A stretch of DNA of 64,000 bases. Origin: Rhynchobatus australiae. Taxonomy: Eukaryota. The stretch covers positions 27,467,021 through 27,531,020 of the forward strand of contig JAUZTB010000127.1 of the NCBI GenBank assembly GCA_034780895.1, written 5' to 3'. The position numbers were made by a program, and so were the translations under genes. Under the pieces are notes generated by a model. That model did no database searches. It saw only the letters and a program-made list of their open reading frames with translations, and was not told where the DNA came from. This document shows, piece after piece, positions 26,030-39,600 of this stretch (position 1 is its first letter; each line of letters begins with the position of its first letter).

Positions 26030-26600
26030 CATCGTCACTTAAACCCTCATCCGTACCTTTACCTCCACACCCAACTATTAAGAGTTCCCTCCTGGTCAGG
26101 TCTCCATCTTCCACCTACCATAAATTTCCACTCACAAAGTCTTGCTGCCTATATTCTATATCACATCAAGTCCCACACAAACTTCATCTCAATCTGTGAT
26201 GAACATGTTGATCTCTGTTCCTAATATAAAATGCACATTCGTGTATTTAAATAATTACATGGCGTTGCCTATCCCTTTATCTGTAACTTCCTCTACCTGC
26301 AAGCTTTGTAAACTCCTTATGTTACCTTTTCCCCTCTGCCAAACCCTTGCTGATCCCTTTCATTTACCTCATCATTGATGGCTGTTCCTTCAACTATGCT
26401 CTGAGAATACATCTGTAAAGCCTTCCATCTCTCAGCAACCTTCTTTGAAATCTTTCTTAAAACTCAAGCCTGTGACCAAGCTTTAGAACATCTCTCTTAA
26501 TCTCTCCTTTCTTGGCTCAACAGCCATTTAGTTTTCTCATATCTTTGCGGGTATCTTGAGATTATTTTCCAAAGTTCAAGGTGCTATAGGAATGCGAGAA
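26030..26600 (+). mobile_element. L2-clade LINE 3' fragment
   Basis: Degenerate ...AAYILYHIKS...VYLNNYMALPIPLS (consensus SAARIL...VFKSLHGLAPPYL), then tail cttaaaactcaagcctgtgaccaagcttt...gttcaaggtgctataggaatgc. Confidence 0.65.
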
Positions 26601-28404
26601 ATCTTAGATAAGAAAGTGGTGAGGTTAAAGTGGGGTTGTCAAAGGTAAGGAAACACACACTACTGTGTTCCATTGAATTAAAGCAGATTAACTATTCCAC
26701 TAACAATTCTTTCCCATCTCTTCACACAAGCCTCCTCCCATGATTTCAACAAATAAGCATAACCTTTTAATGCTTTCTCCCTCATGGACTTATCTAGCCT
26801 CTTCTTAAATGTTTCAACAATGTATTTATGTTGGGACTTACAATGTCAATCCCTCCCTTCGTACCAGTGTTTGAAGAGTTAATTATTGTACCAGGACCTA
26901 TCCACTATCTTCAATACCCAATATGATGAACTTAATCCCTGCACCTTTCTCAACAATGCCACTTAACAAGTGCCACTTGTGGTCAGCATTACTTTGGCAC
27001 ACTCACTTTGAGGTTTATACTGTGAAAAATCAGGGACCCCTCTATTCAATGCAGGAATTTCTCCAAAAATGGTCCTTGGCAAAAGGTTCTGAAACCACAA
27101 ACAAATCACCAGGGTGCGTCTGCACACAGCCACTAGTTGAATCCATTTTTAGTGTCTGGGAGCCACAGTCACAAAACCACAAATACCATTTTATAAACAA
27201 TCTGTTTGATTCCTTTAAGAGCCTGTGGATTATGGTGAGCAACAGACAATATCACACAAATATCGTTTCTTTAAAAACAAAAGCATTTGGCAGAGAGTGG
27301 GCAGTGTGCATCTGACATTACCAGAAAAGGCGTAACCCCTTTTAGATTGGAATTGTTTGCAGTGCAGAATCTATAAAAGATCTCCCACCTCATCTCTCCA
27401 GCCAGCTTTCCCTCACACACTCCCTCCAGTACACTACATGTTTTAAAGGAGCCAGATTGTAGTTTCCACCATTGAGTGGATCTGCAGCAAGTTGTTGAGC
27501 TGTATGGCCTGAGAAGGTCCCAGGTTTAATCTTTGATTTACACTAAAGTGACAGTGACATGATACAATAGTCTTCAGGACAGATTGGTTGGGCTTCTATC
27601 TCTTGATTTTGTAATTCAGGATCCATGAAACTACATTATCAATGAATCATCATCATTAGAAGAGTCATCATTATCAGATGAGTGCTGAAAATTTGAGTTT
27701 TCACAGGCAATTTTCACTGCTTCCAGGAATGTAACTTATTTTATTTTTCATCAATGTAACTCTTTTTTATATATTAAGGCATTGCTACTTCACTGAGCTC
27801 CGTATATACTCACTCGTCCTTAGAAAAAACATTTGTTTGAGGAGCACTGGGGAGAATCTTTAATTGGAGATATGCCGGCCAGAGATGGTACCTTACTGGA
27901 TAATGTTAATTGCCTGTTCTTCCAACAGGCCTAAGTCACATTGCCACATTAACAGTGACTGCCCCTCATTAAATGACCACTTTCAAAGTCTCCTCAGCAC
28001 TTTGTTTTATGACAAAGGTACTGTTGAAATGATAAAGGTGAAGCGTGATAGGGAAATGCAGCGATCTTTTTCATTTGAACCACATTGTTATACTTGGGCC
28101 TATGTTTCCTTGCAATTTGCTTACATTGGCTCTAGTGCAAGAATCTGGGACCATCCCAGAGACAGATTTCTTCAATTATACATCAGTTATGCTATCCATG
28201 TGGCAGTGAATAGGTTTGCTGCGAGTGGGAAATGATGTCATCATAATGCTATGCCTCATTATATATCAGAATGGGGAACAACATGGAGCAGAGACTTGGA
28301 GCTACATGGACAATAATCATAGACAAGTGATCATACTGCACACTGGATAACTCATTTTAGAGGCATTTTGGTTTCAGAGATCCAATATAATCAGATAATC
28401 AGCC

Positions 28405-28720
28405 CATACTGAGCAGTACTGAGGACACTGCATTATCATAAGTACCATTCTATGAACTAAACTTTAAAGTGTTAACCTATCTTTTATTTGGATCCATGTA
28501 AAACAAAGTACATTAAGAAAATTTAGACTGTTTAATAATCTTAACATTAAAATCTAAATGCCATTTCAAATATGATAGATTTCATCTCTTGTGCTGGATG
28601 GAGTCATGTGTCACATATGCAACAGCAACTTCACTTCAAGACCGATTTGTTAGTCTTAAAATGCTTTGAGATGTCCTGAGGGAAGTTAAATGTGCAATAT
28701 AAATTCAAGTTCTTTCCTTC
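28405..28720 (+). mobile_element. Deu-type SINE remnant
   Basis: gcagtactgaggacactgcattatcataagtacc and tail aatgctttgagatgtcctgagg...caatataaattcaagttctttc. Confidence 0.55.
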
Positions 28721-29344
28721 GATCTCACCAAATTCCAATAGTGGATCACTACAAGGTAAACTAAAGCACCCAATTATAGCATTGGTGTTGTACCTTCACC
28801 TTTTTGCATTTCATTTTGCATCAAACTGTATCAAATCAGAGTATCTCATTCCCTAGGAGTTTACTGAGCCTCCTCAGTTTTCAAACACGGTTATGTCTTA
28901 AATTATCAAGGTTAAAAGCGTTGGAATTTCTTCTTTGATTTCTTCATTTCTCCAACTGTTTATCTTCCTCATTAAAACCTACTATATCTCCCTGTGTGGC
29001 TCTGTGTCATATTTTGACCCATATGCAACACATTTCAATTGCGTTAAGGTGGTTTAAATAGTTAACAGTACAATACAAAAACATGTTGTTCTTTATGACA
29101 CAAAAGAGCCCAAAATTAAAATAAATGAAACTTTACAATAGTCCCAACTCCACACTCATGCTGTGGTGCTGCACGGAATGTTTAAAAATAAATTTTACGC
29201 TAAGAATTTTGGAGGATTCTCCATCCAGGATATACTCTGAAAATAATGTGAAAATCACTAAATTCAAAAGACAAAATTCTGCAAAGTTCTCCCACCACAT
29301 GTAAAACTCGGGGTAACTTACAGTGGTCAATTCATCTATCAATC

Positions 29345-29457
29345 AGCTGGGAGGAAACCTGACTTTGAGTCATTTCCACACAGATAGCACTCGAAGTCAG
29401 GGTTGAATGTGGGTCACTGGAGCAGCAGCTTTATCTGCTGCACAATTACACCACCTC
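29345..29457 (-). mobile_element. V-SINE 5' fragment
   Basis: ggaggaaacc...tccacacagatagcactcgaagtcagggttgaatgtgggtcactggagc is the reverse complement of the head of 1465-1815. Confidence 0.6.
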
Positions 29458-30769
29458 ATTGATAGTTTGGGTTCATGAACAATCAGTGACCTTATTCATT
29501 AAACCATGTGATCTCCAATCTGTGCTAAGCCAGCTGATCTCAGCCAATTTTGCATCTTAGCACTTTTGGAATTTGGAATGCGCCAAATGAGGGAACTTTC
29601 CGAGGCTACTGAAATCTCTGCTGGGAGCATTGCACTGTCAGCGACAGGTGAGGATCCTCCTTTGTACAGTAGGCTGCTGATGCCACCACAGTTTACAGGC
29701 AATCCTGTTTTTTTTTAAATAAGGCGAAGCATATTTTAAAGTTGGCTGAAAACTGGCAGAGGAAGAAATCAAAAAAGAAACTGATAATAAAATTGAAAAT
29801 GCAAAGTAGTTTTAACCAAGTTACACAATGGTTGAATATTGCTGTTTAAAGTCATGTTTTATAAATACATCCTTAAAACAGAAATTTGTTAATGTATGTT
29901 CTTGAAATCCACAATTTTCTTGGTACCACCAGTTCATGCCCTGCTTTAATTGGAATTCCTTCCCTGAACCTCTTCCTGAAAACCTGATTCTTTTTCTGTC
30001 CTAATATTAATATTATAATATAATGTATAATATATAATAAAATATATAATATTTTCTGTCCTAACATCAATTTTTCTCTGATAGTTCTCCTAGGAGGCAT
30101 CACTGGGACATTCTGCTATGTGAAAGGTACTATACAGATACCTGGGCTTATGTAAAGTGCCCGGATAATGAGATTTGAGGATACTGACAATCTACTGCTG
30201 AAATTTAAGCTGAAGGTAACAATTCATAATGAAAGATTTGTTCTGTATGATTGGGGATAACAAAATTTCAATATGTTTTGTAAGAGTTTCTATTATCCTC
30301 TATGTGATTATTGAAAATTTAAAACATCTGACATTCGACACATCAAACTACTGTTGGCAAACATTTTAAAACTGACATGGTGACATGAAGAAAGTTCCAC
30401 CCCATGTTGTTTGCATCCTTCAGTCAGAACTTGTTGGAGGGAAGCTGTCCAGAGCACAGGAGCTGACCTGTTAATCCAAAGACATGGGATTCTTGGCAGA
30501 TTGATCCACTAGCCATGGATGACTGAGTTCTTCGGTTTGTGAAAGTGCATCCCTTTTGTACCCTGATGCCAAAAATTCTCTCAGCTTAAAGACAGCAGTT
30601 AGTTCCAGTGACCTGGACAAGCCAGTACTTTCCAAACGCTGGGGAATTAAAACTAGGAAGAAGCAACTAGATGTAGTATTTTAAGGATCTGACACGAAAA
30701 GTCCCTGTACTTACAAGCAAGATATAAGCAATCATATGCATATAGCACACAGGTACATTCTTAATTATT

Positions 30770-31395
30770 GTCCAGAGGCCTGAACACAAAATTGAGATGA
30801 GCACTCCAGTGCAGAACTGAGAGAGCACCATACTGCTGGAAGTGCCACCTTTTGGATGAGACATTAAACCAAGATTTTGTCTGCCATTCAGGTAAAAACT
30901 GAAAATGCTAGAAATATCAACAAATCAGGCAGCATCTGTGGAGAAAGGAACAGAGTTAATATTTCAGCTCAATGACTTTTCACAACCTGATTTGTAAAAG
31001 GTTATCAACCTGATTAAATCCATTTTTCTCTGCACAAGTGCTACCTGACCGGCTACGTATTTCCACCATATGCTCTTTTATCTCCAGGTTGCAATGTCTG
31101 CAGTTCTTTGCTTTTGAGATTGCCTGCCATTCAGTTAGATGTAAGGGATACCGTGACTGTATTTTGAAGAAGACAGTAGAGCTATTCTAGGTATCCTGGC
31201 CAACATTCAACCTTCAGTCAACATCAGTGGTCATCTGGTTGTTATCACAATGCTGCTGGTGGGAGCTTACAGCGAGCAAACTGGTTGTTGTGTTTTCTAC
31301 ATTACAACAGTGTCCACATTTCAAATGTACTTCATTGGCTGGGTAGCGCTTTGGAACATTTTGAGGTCATGGAAAGTACTACAGAAATGTAAAAA
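30770..31395 (+). mobile_element. Deu-domain SINE (SacSINE1/AmnSINE1-like) interrupted by a younger insertion
   Basis: cactccagtgcagaactgagagagcacc...ggatgagacattaaacc...gtatcctggccaacatt...tacattacaacagtg...gtacttcattggctg...gcgctttgg. Confidence 0.8.
30892..31123. mobile_element. Palindromic Penelope-end element nested in the Deu-SINE, with TSD
   Basis: Arms aatgctagaaatatcaacaaatcaggcagcatctgtggagaaa and tttctctgcacaagtgctacctgaccggctacgtatttccaccat. CTGCCATTCAG at 30881-30891 and 31124-31134. Confidence 0.7.
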
Positions 31396-31892
31396 TATCT
31401 GGCTCTAGTCTCTTCCTTTCAACATGTAATGAGAAAACGTCAGCAGCAGTTTTCTACTAAAAGTCATCTTCAATTTGACCAAGAACTGATCCCCTCTCTC
31501 CCCTTAGAATACTCCTGCACTTTGTTGTTAGTGCTGCTTTGATATTCTCAACTTTCGATTGAAATGTTTGGCATGTGCATCTCATTCACTTGAAAGAATT
31601 TGTATTGAAACCGTATAATCGGCCAGCATTTAACCTTTTGCCTTTGTCAAGTTTAGATTTCCATGAAAAAAGTTCTAGGGCGAAAGGTTTAAAAGCACGC
31701 TTGCACAAAGCTGGACCTCTGAATCAGTAAATTTGAACAATATGTTGAAACTCTCTCAGGTAATGTTAAAAACAAAAGTTCTTGGGTAGTGTAGCAGCTC
31801 CATCCCCTCTGCATTTTTGTTTCAGATTAGCTGAGTATTTCGAGCAAAGGGCTGCTTTTAACTTTTCCACATCAGTCAACTAAATTTATTAA

Positions 31893-32030
31893 ATTACACC
31901 GAGTTGACAGCACAGAGACAGGCCATTTGGCCCAACTGGTACATTCCAATGTGGGCTCCACACTTGCCTTCTCCCATCATAACTCCTCTTACCCTACCTT
32001 CTATTCCTTTGTCCGTCATCTCATTTCGCC
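31893..32030 (-). mobile_element. CR1-type 3' tail fragment
   Basis: acagcacagagacaggccatttggcccaactggt. A related piece lies at about 43612-43745. Confidence 0.55.
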
Positions 32031-35000
32031 TTTACACTTGCTTTGTCCTTTTCTCCCATTCATTCAGATCTGATTTAAATTAGTTTGGAGACCTCACGTT
32101 TTGTTGCACAATGCGCTAACGAGTTTCTACAAAAATATTGCTCCATGTGGAACCATCATAGTCACTTAAAATACTCAGTATTCTTTGAGTACTGAGCTCT
32201 AACTGGAATGCAATGCAAACATTTCATTATTAGTTGTCTCAGTAATAACCTTTCAAAAATGTTGCCTTATGTCACTAAATAAATCAAAACAGATATGGGC
32301 AATTGCTTATATAGTACTTTTCCCTGGACTCTCAGCACAGTCAGTACAATAACTGAACCTCAGCTGTTCCCTGGCTCGTTTGGCTGAGTTAGTTGCAAGG
32401 TGAGGATGGGGTAAAGGAAATTAGGCTAGTGAGGAGAACACCAATCACCCCCAGTGATCCTCACTGTCATTTCATGTAGGTGGATGTAGAGTGAGAGCAA
32501 GAGCAAGCTGAGTTTGCAGTGGTCATTCGTTGTTGGGTTTTCCATACAAAAGGCAGTCACTTAGCCAAATTACAGGAAGGTGAAGGGTATTAGTGCAAGT
32601 CTGTGAGCATAGGGATAATGGGTTAATGAGGCTTGATACCCCAGCCAAATTTTCAATGACTCTTTAGATAATAAAGGCATGCGTATCAAAAATCACATTC
32701 ATTCTGACTCACATACTTCGGTGAGAATCTGTTAATTGTACAAATACACAAAAAAAGGAAAGATATTATAGGCACTAAAACCTCACATTTTGAAAGGTCT
32801 GTCATTATTGTTAATTTTTTTATATATTAAGCTTTGGGACTTTGGGGGCCATGGGAAATATACCTTAAACAAGTGCTTTCTTTAAATAGTAGCTGTAATG
32901 TTGTTGAATAGTAAGTCTAACTAACAAACTCCGTAGGACAAAGGATATGTAATTTACAGCCTTTTCTAAATAAACAGCAGTAGGCAGGATGGAGAGATGG
33001 GAAGGTGAAAGGAAACCATCTTGTAAAGTTTAATATTGTTGCAGTTCTTAAAACATTCACTATCTTGCATTGTCCAAATTCCAGTTGAAACATAATTTGG
33101 TAATTGATGCCATGTTAAAAAGTCAAAGAATCCTTCACTGAGGGGATAAAGGTCACAGCTTTCATTAGAATAACAGATACAGATTTATTAACTGTGGCTG
33201 AATTGCACAATAAATCATCGTTACCTCTTGTTAGGACACCAACACCTTTATTCTTTTGGGGTAACTCATAAATCTGTATTAGGGTATGGCAGCCAATTAT
33301 TTTTGCAATCGAATACTCAATCCATTACTGATTAAATCAAGAATTTGGGCTATACTAAATATATTGGCAGGTAAACAGACAAAAACAAGTATCAGCGAGC
33401 CTCAGCATGCACAGAATTTGGGATTAGGCTGTGTGTGTGAGTATTTTTTTCCATTAGCATGTGTGTCAATTTCTCAGTTAATAAACTGAAAGGCTATAAA
33501 TATATTGCAATGTTTGCTGTGCAGCAAAGCTAGCTGGTCTCTGTATATCAACTTAACTACTGAATAAAATACATAGGCACTGTAATACTCTACCCATATC
33601 AATTCAAGGACAAAGTGATTAGTTAAGTATCTATTTCTATCATAATGTTCCCCTCTTGCCAATATCCTACATGACATAGTACAGCCTAGCTAAGACAATA
33701 CCAAAAGCCCAAACTGATGTCAGTAAATGACTGTTGTAAGTCACAAAATATCACATTTCAGATTCTGTTCAAAGCCTCAAGTATTATTCCTCTGTAAATG
33801 GAGAAGGTATCATTTTAAAACCATTCTGCGCATGTGTATTATTTTTCATTTGCATTCTATCTTGAAATGGTCAAATCATGGTATATCACATATACTAAAT
33901 TTTACACAGCAGAATTTAAGCAGGGCACAATTCCACTGAACAATTTCTTTTTGTAAATTTGAGTACAATGAAGCATACCAAAACATATCATTATAGGTAA
34001 AACAAAACACACCAGGGTCCGCAAAAGATTAAAATCATTGAGGAATATTCTTCCTCTGAATAGCTTTGTGTTTGGGGTTCTTTTGAAGAAAATAAATGCA
34101 GACACATGCACAGAAACAAACTCATGTACAGGCATATAAATACAGACACACAAACACTTCTATTCTCTAGTTGCTTTATAATGTTTAGCATTAAGACTGA
34201 CTTGCATAATCTTGTACATGACTGGTGATGAGAAACAGATTCAGCCTCTGCACAATGTAAGGGACCATTCATTGGAGTTAGTGCAGGCATTAAAAACATT
34301 ATGTATCTGGTGCTGTTGTGCATTATGCAATCTCCCAAGGGTTACAGAAAATCCAAGATGAGGCGATTAAACCTCTGCCAAGAAAAAGATTGCCTTTTAA
34401 AGCTATAACATAAGACAAACACCATAAAGGAGCTGAGTCCCTGTCAGGGCTGAAAAGGGACAGAATTCACAATTTAACAAACAAGCACATAGAACTGAAA
34501 AATGGTCATACACAAACTGGGTAGCACCAAGAACCATAGCAATTAATACTCTGCNNNNNNNNNNNNNNNNNNNNNNNNNNNNNNNNNNNNNNNNNNNNNN
34601 NNNNNNNNNNNNNNNNNNNNNNNNNNNNNNNNNNNNNNNNNNNNNNNNNNNNNNAGCAATTAATACTCTGCTAGTTTTTTTTTCAAACAATCTCTTGTCA
34701 AAACATATCCAAGTAGTCTTCAACAGCTAGCAAATAAAAAGCATTTAAAATCATTTTACATACCCTCTGACTAAGTTTCCATTTTCTTTTCTAAGAAAAA
34801 GTCTTTAGCTCACTTGCCTTTAAATGGAAACAATTTGGAAGATGGTTCCTACAATAAGTGCATACAATTTATTATGGCTTTTTGACTGCATGAAAGGATT
34901 TCTAGGCTGCACTCTTAGTGTTTGAAGACAGTGGATCCTATTTGTACACAGCCTCAACTGCAGCAATAATTTTGCCTTTTAAGCTACTTTGGGGACCATC

Positions 35001-36374
35001 GAAGTGTCATTTCACACATGTGAGTCATCATTCTGGATTTGTACACATTTCAATATTAATCCCAAAGGAAATGAGATTATCACACCCACAAACATGAAAT
35101 TGCATGGTGCTAACAACAAAAAAGTTAAATTGTAAGGTCTTAATGATTTTGAAGAAAATGTTCCATTCCACGTACATGTTTTAATGTAAAATAAACTTTC
35201 ATTGCGGCGGTATGTTTTTAAATAAAAAGTGCTATATGGAAATGCCACTGATTAGAAAATAAAATGAACTCCTTAGGTACTGAATTCTCTATTATCAGCA
35301 CTGAAGGAGTTAATGCCTCTGTCAACATGATCACCCAGAAAAGATGGGACTTTTATCCGGATCCCCCTTCAAATTATGCACTTGGCATACATATAAGATA
35401 ATTTTTAATAGCATATTTGTCCTGCNNNNNNNNNNCACGTAAAGCCTCACCTGCAGATAAAATCAGACCATTTTCAAAGAACAATTTTATATTTCTTGGT
35501 GAGGATAAGCATAGTTTCTTTAGCCTTCAAAGTTTATAAAGTAAAACTATATAAAAAGAGGGATGGGGAAATCAATATAGTTTTACTTAAGCAAGTTGAT
35601 TGTAAGCTGGGCCCTCACGATTCATAATATTGGTTTTGCACAGATTGTCATCCATGTGATGAAAGGAAAATAGTCAGATCTAATTACTGAAGTAAATTAT
35701 TCTAAATGTTGCATTTGTCAATACATCTACTCCTAACCAATTACATACAATTATCAATATGTTGAACTCTTCTCAATATATGTGGCTGTAAATCCAGTAA
35801 GATTTCATTAGATCTAGACCATTGTTCTTGTAACATTGTGAGCTTTCCTAGGCAGGTTTATAAATATATCNNNNNNNNNNNNNNNNNNNNNNNNNNNNNN
35901 NNNNNNNNNNNNNNNNNNNNNNNNNNNCTAAAAATGAATCAAGTTGCTAACAGGCAAGTTAGAAAGAAACAGCATAAAAACTATTTTCATTGTCACCTAT
36001 GACCAAAGAGGTTTTTTTTGGAAACTTTGATTGCTTTTGTGTCATAGGGTGTTAGAGTCATCAGGTGTTAGAGAGATGTCACAGACACTTGGCTGCTGAC
36101 AGACACACCCCACTAACTGTTAATAAAACACATCAGTCTTCACTTTCAAGCTACCCTCTTCCAGAAAGGTTCCACAGGCCTAAAGGCTTTTGCAGCAATA
36201 GCTCCCCAGATACCAATTATACCATTGCCAAGGTAACCTCTAATTTGGGCTGAGAAAGAATATTTTAGGGCCTATTGGAGCTGTTGTCTAAACCAAGAGT
36301 TTTACCATGATTGTAACATTTATTACTGATAATCTTCTTCAATAATGCTTCAAAATTTGCACTAAGCTTCCGAA

Positions 36375-36645
36375 GCACCAGCCAAACCCTTAACCCCTGA
36401 CACCTGGAACAAGGACACCAACAAACTCTTTGTTCCCCTCTAAGACACTCACCATCCTGATTTGGAAATTCATGGCCACTTCTTTCTTGTTGCTGGTCAA
36501 AATCCTCAAATTCCCTCCCTAAGATCACTGCCTGTAGCACTGTGGGAGTACTGCAGGGACTTGCCACCATCTTCTCAAGACAAACCAGGAAAGCTAATAA
36601 ACGCTGTCCTGGCCAGTGATACCCTCATGCTGAAAAGCCATTCTT
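36375..36645 (+). mobile_element. 3' end of the CR1/L2-group LINE family seen at 18265-20560
   Basis: caccatcctgatttggaaatt...gttgctggtcaaaatcctcaaattccctccctaa...caccatcttctcaag...aataaacgctgtcctggccagtgat. Confidence 0.7.
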
Positions 36646-39600
36646 AAACATTCTGATATTTTCTGCACTAATGTGGGGATCAAAGATGAATATATTTTTA
36701 ATCCAGAACTAAATTTCAAACAATGGCAGTAAATCAAGTTATTGTTTATAGTGTTTTCAAAATGTAACTATACTGTTAATTGTCCTTATGTTAGGAAGTT
36801 TTAATATGCATTGAAAGGAAAGAGGCAGTATCAGTCAGGAAGTCAGGCCCAGCCTGACCCTCATCATCACCTAAACCAAAATGATGTGAGTGCCGCGGTG
36901 GGAGGCCACCTCACGCTACTTTGAGTTCACACCAGACACGATGTAATTCCAGCCCAGTAACAATTTGCATTTAAAGATTACCTAAGCGCCCTTCTGGCAA
37001 TTTCCGTGCTTCCTTTTCAAAGGTAGATATTTGTGCATACACTCAGCATTATAAAGCAGCCAGGTAGGGCAAAGGGTTCTGAATACAGATTAATTTATGA
37101 CCCACCAAATTGCCACCCACTCCTGACCAATCCTGCATACATTCTAAGGTTTGTATGTGCAATAATTGGATGATAGTATCTGGGTAACTACGTAAGTAAT
37201 ATTGCTCTGACCATCCCTTCCCAACAATCTTTACAAATATTGCTAATAATAGATTTTGAATTAGGAAGCATTCCGGGGTATTGGTAGTTAGCATTGATCA
37301 GCTCAACCTCAGCAGAATCTCCAGCACATTAAACCTGAAGACATGCTGCTGATTTTAGGTCAAGCTGTGGAGGTGGCACATTAAAGTAAAACAAAACTCA
37401 TCCAACATGTCTCCTAATGACGAGCCCAATGATTTATTTCGAAATGACCGTGATGTCCTGAGGAAGGGCATTACTATGGCTTTCATTAAGTTTGACATGG
37501 AATGGGTGAANNNNNNNNNNNNNNNNNNNNCTAGCGAAAACGGGCTGAGATAGACAGATAATGCATTGATTCCTAATTAATCTGGGTTGATGGTTAAAAT
37601 GAGTAGGAATCTATATTAGTGGACCTTGTGCCATGAACCTCATCATTCCCTCTCTGACAAAAATGAACACTCCTCCACTTAAATGACTCACCACATTCAA
37701 AATGGCGAAAGAGGGGAGTCTGTCTCCCCACTCCAAAGCAATACACCAAAGAAGTGTAGCAATTTGCTGATTCCCAGCAAATAAAGCCCCCCCCCCCTCA
37801 AAAAAAAGAAAGAACCCTCAATACTTCTGCCTTTTCAAGTTATGGATTGACATGCATTTCAATCATATTCAGTCTTTTCTCCCTCTTATGTAACTCTAGT
37901 CAAAGGAGCAGAATTGGTTGCAGAGGTGGGGGTGGGGGCCTGTTAAATGGGGTGAACAGAGAGGCTTAAAGAAATTGCAACTAAAGATGTGGACACAGGG
38001 GACTTTGGACTGTAATTAAGTGATGGGCTGTCAGACTGAAATCTGCCTTGTGTCTCTTTAAAAGCAAGCCTGGACCAAGGGGAGTGCTGCTAGCACTCAG
38101 CCAGACCGAGTCACTTCAGTTGATAGCACAAAAGCCTAGAGTAGGCTGCTGAGGAAGTGTGTGCACTGTGGAGACCCCAAGAAAGACTTTACACATTCAT
38201 TTAATTCCTGCTTGTCATTATTAATTTATGTAAACAAAATTATAAATCTCCACAGCTGGCAAAACGCGTTAAAATATGTATCTGGATTTCCTAGGGTCTA
38301 CTTAAATTAGTACAATAAATGTTTCTATCTCCCAACCGATTGGTGTTCTGAGGAGAGACTATTTGTTCCTTATCCCCAAACAAGAACTGAGTTATCCCAA
38401 TAACTTGGAGAAACTGAATGGAAGAGAAAGGGAGCACTTTGATCATCAACATCACACCTCAAACAAAAGCTGTTCAACAAGGATACAGTGTTCTGACTTT
38501 GGAATGTTGAATGCACCCCGTCGTAGACAACGGATGCCAGCAGATTGGAAATGTACGTTTGGAATGATATATCGGAAGATCTGCAGAACAACCGCACTGT
38601 GGTGTTTTGTGCTCCGGTCTCTCCAATGTGGTGATTTCCACTACTTTAAACATCCCCATCCCTACACACCTCTATCTTTCTTGGTCACCCCACCTCCTTT
38701 CAACTTTCACAAATACACACATCTCTTTCTTCGTTACCCCTCCCTCTCACCCAGACGCGCACACCTGCCTTCCTCGGTTCCCCACCCCCACCCCCACCAT
38801 AACTATTCTGCCGTTCTTGGTTAAACAAAAACCATGTAAAATTCTCTTGGCCTTGTTGAGCTTCCCGGGCGTTAAACCGTAACAACGTTTCTAAAAAGGG
38901 AGTACGCCCTTTAATTGCAAAACATTTAAAACAAAAGAGAGCGGGGAACTTGGTCTCTCCCGCCCCTGTAGTCGGTGGCATTGGCTGTGGAAGCCGATGT
39001 GGACGATTATATAACTTGTATGCAGGGCTCTCGAGAATGTCGCGTCCCTAGATTAAAATTACAATATCGCCAATTTGATCATTAAAAATTGCTTTTGTGC
39101 CCAGACATGCTTCCACATAATCCGCTATGTCTGTAGGGCGAATCTCAGCAACAAGCTTCTTAGTAATGAAGGATCAAATATGAAACTAAACGTGTAATTT
39201 TGTTTGCATTTAAATAAGCTGTTTAACTAACTGTTCTTATAAACTCAAAGACTGAAGTGTATCGGCCAAAATGCTCATTAACGGGATGAACCCAACGGGA
39301 AAAAAAAGACACCGACGTCTCGAAATGGGTGAAAGGTTCGTAGATTAAAAACAATTGCGGGTGAGATTTTGAGGCTAAAGTAATAAAGATTTATTAAGAA
39401 CAAAAGCACAACAAGTCTGCAAAGACCCAAAGACTATCACTGCAAAACACTTTAGGTAATTATGTATATTGCTTTAATTAAAGTTGTGGGTACCCAATGT
39501 AAACGGCACTAAACCACTAAAGTACTGACAACCACGTCTTTACTATACTGTTTGCAGTACAGGCAGCCTGTATTAACTTACACACAGCATTGCAATGCGA

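Noticed and set aside
29499-29704. Minus ORF (…GGSSPVADSAMLPAEIS…) as the next TNRC18 exon
   Set aside because: Only vague resemblance. The acceptor is preceded by poly-A rather than pyrimidines, there is no QLW/HEG motif or good donor, and its end overlaps a SINE remnant.
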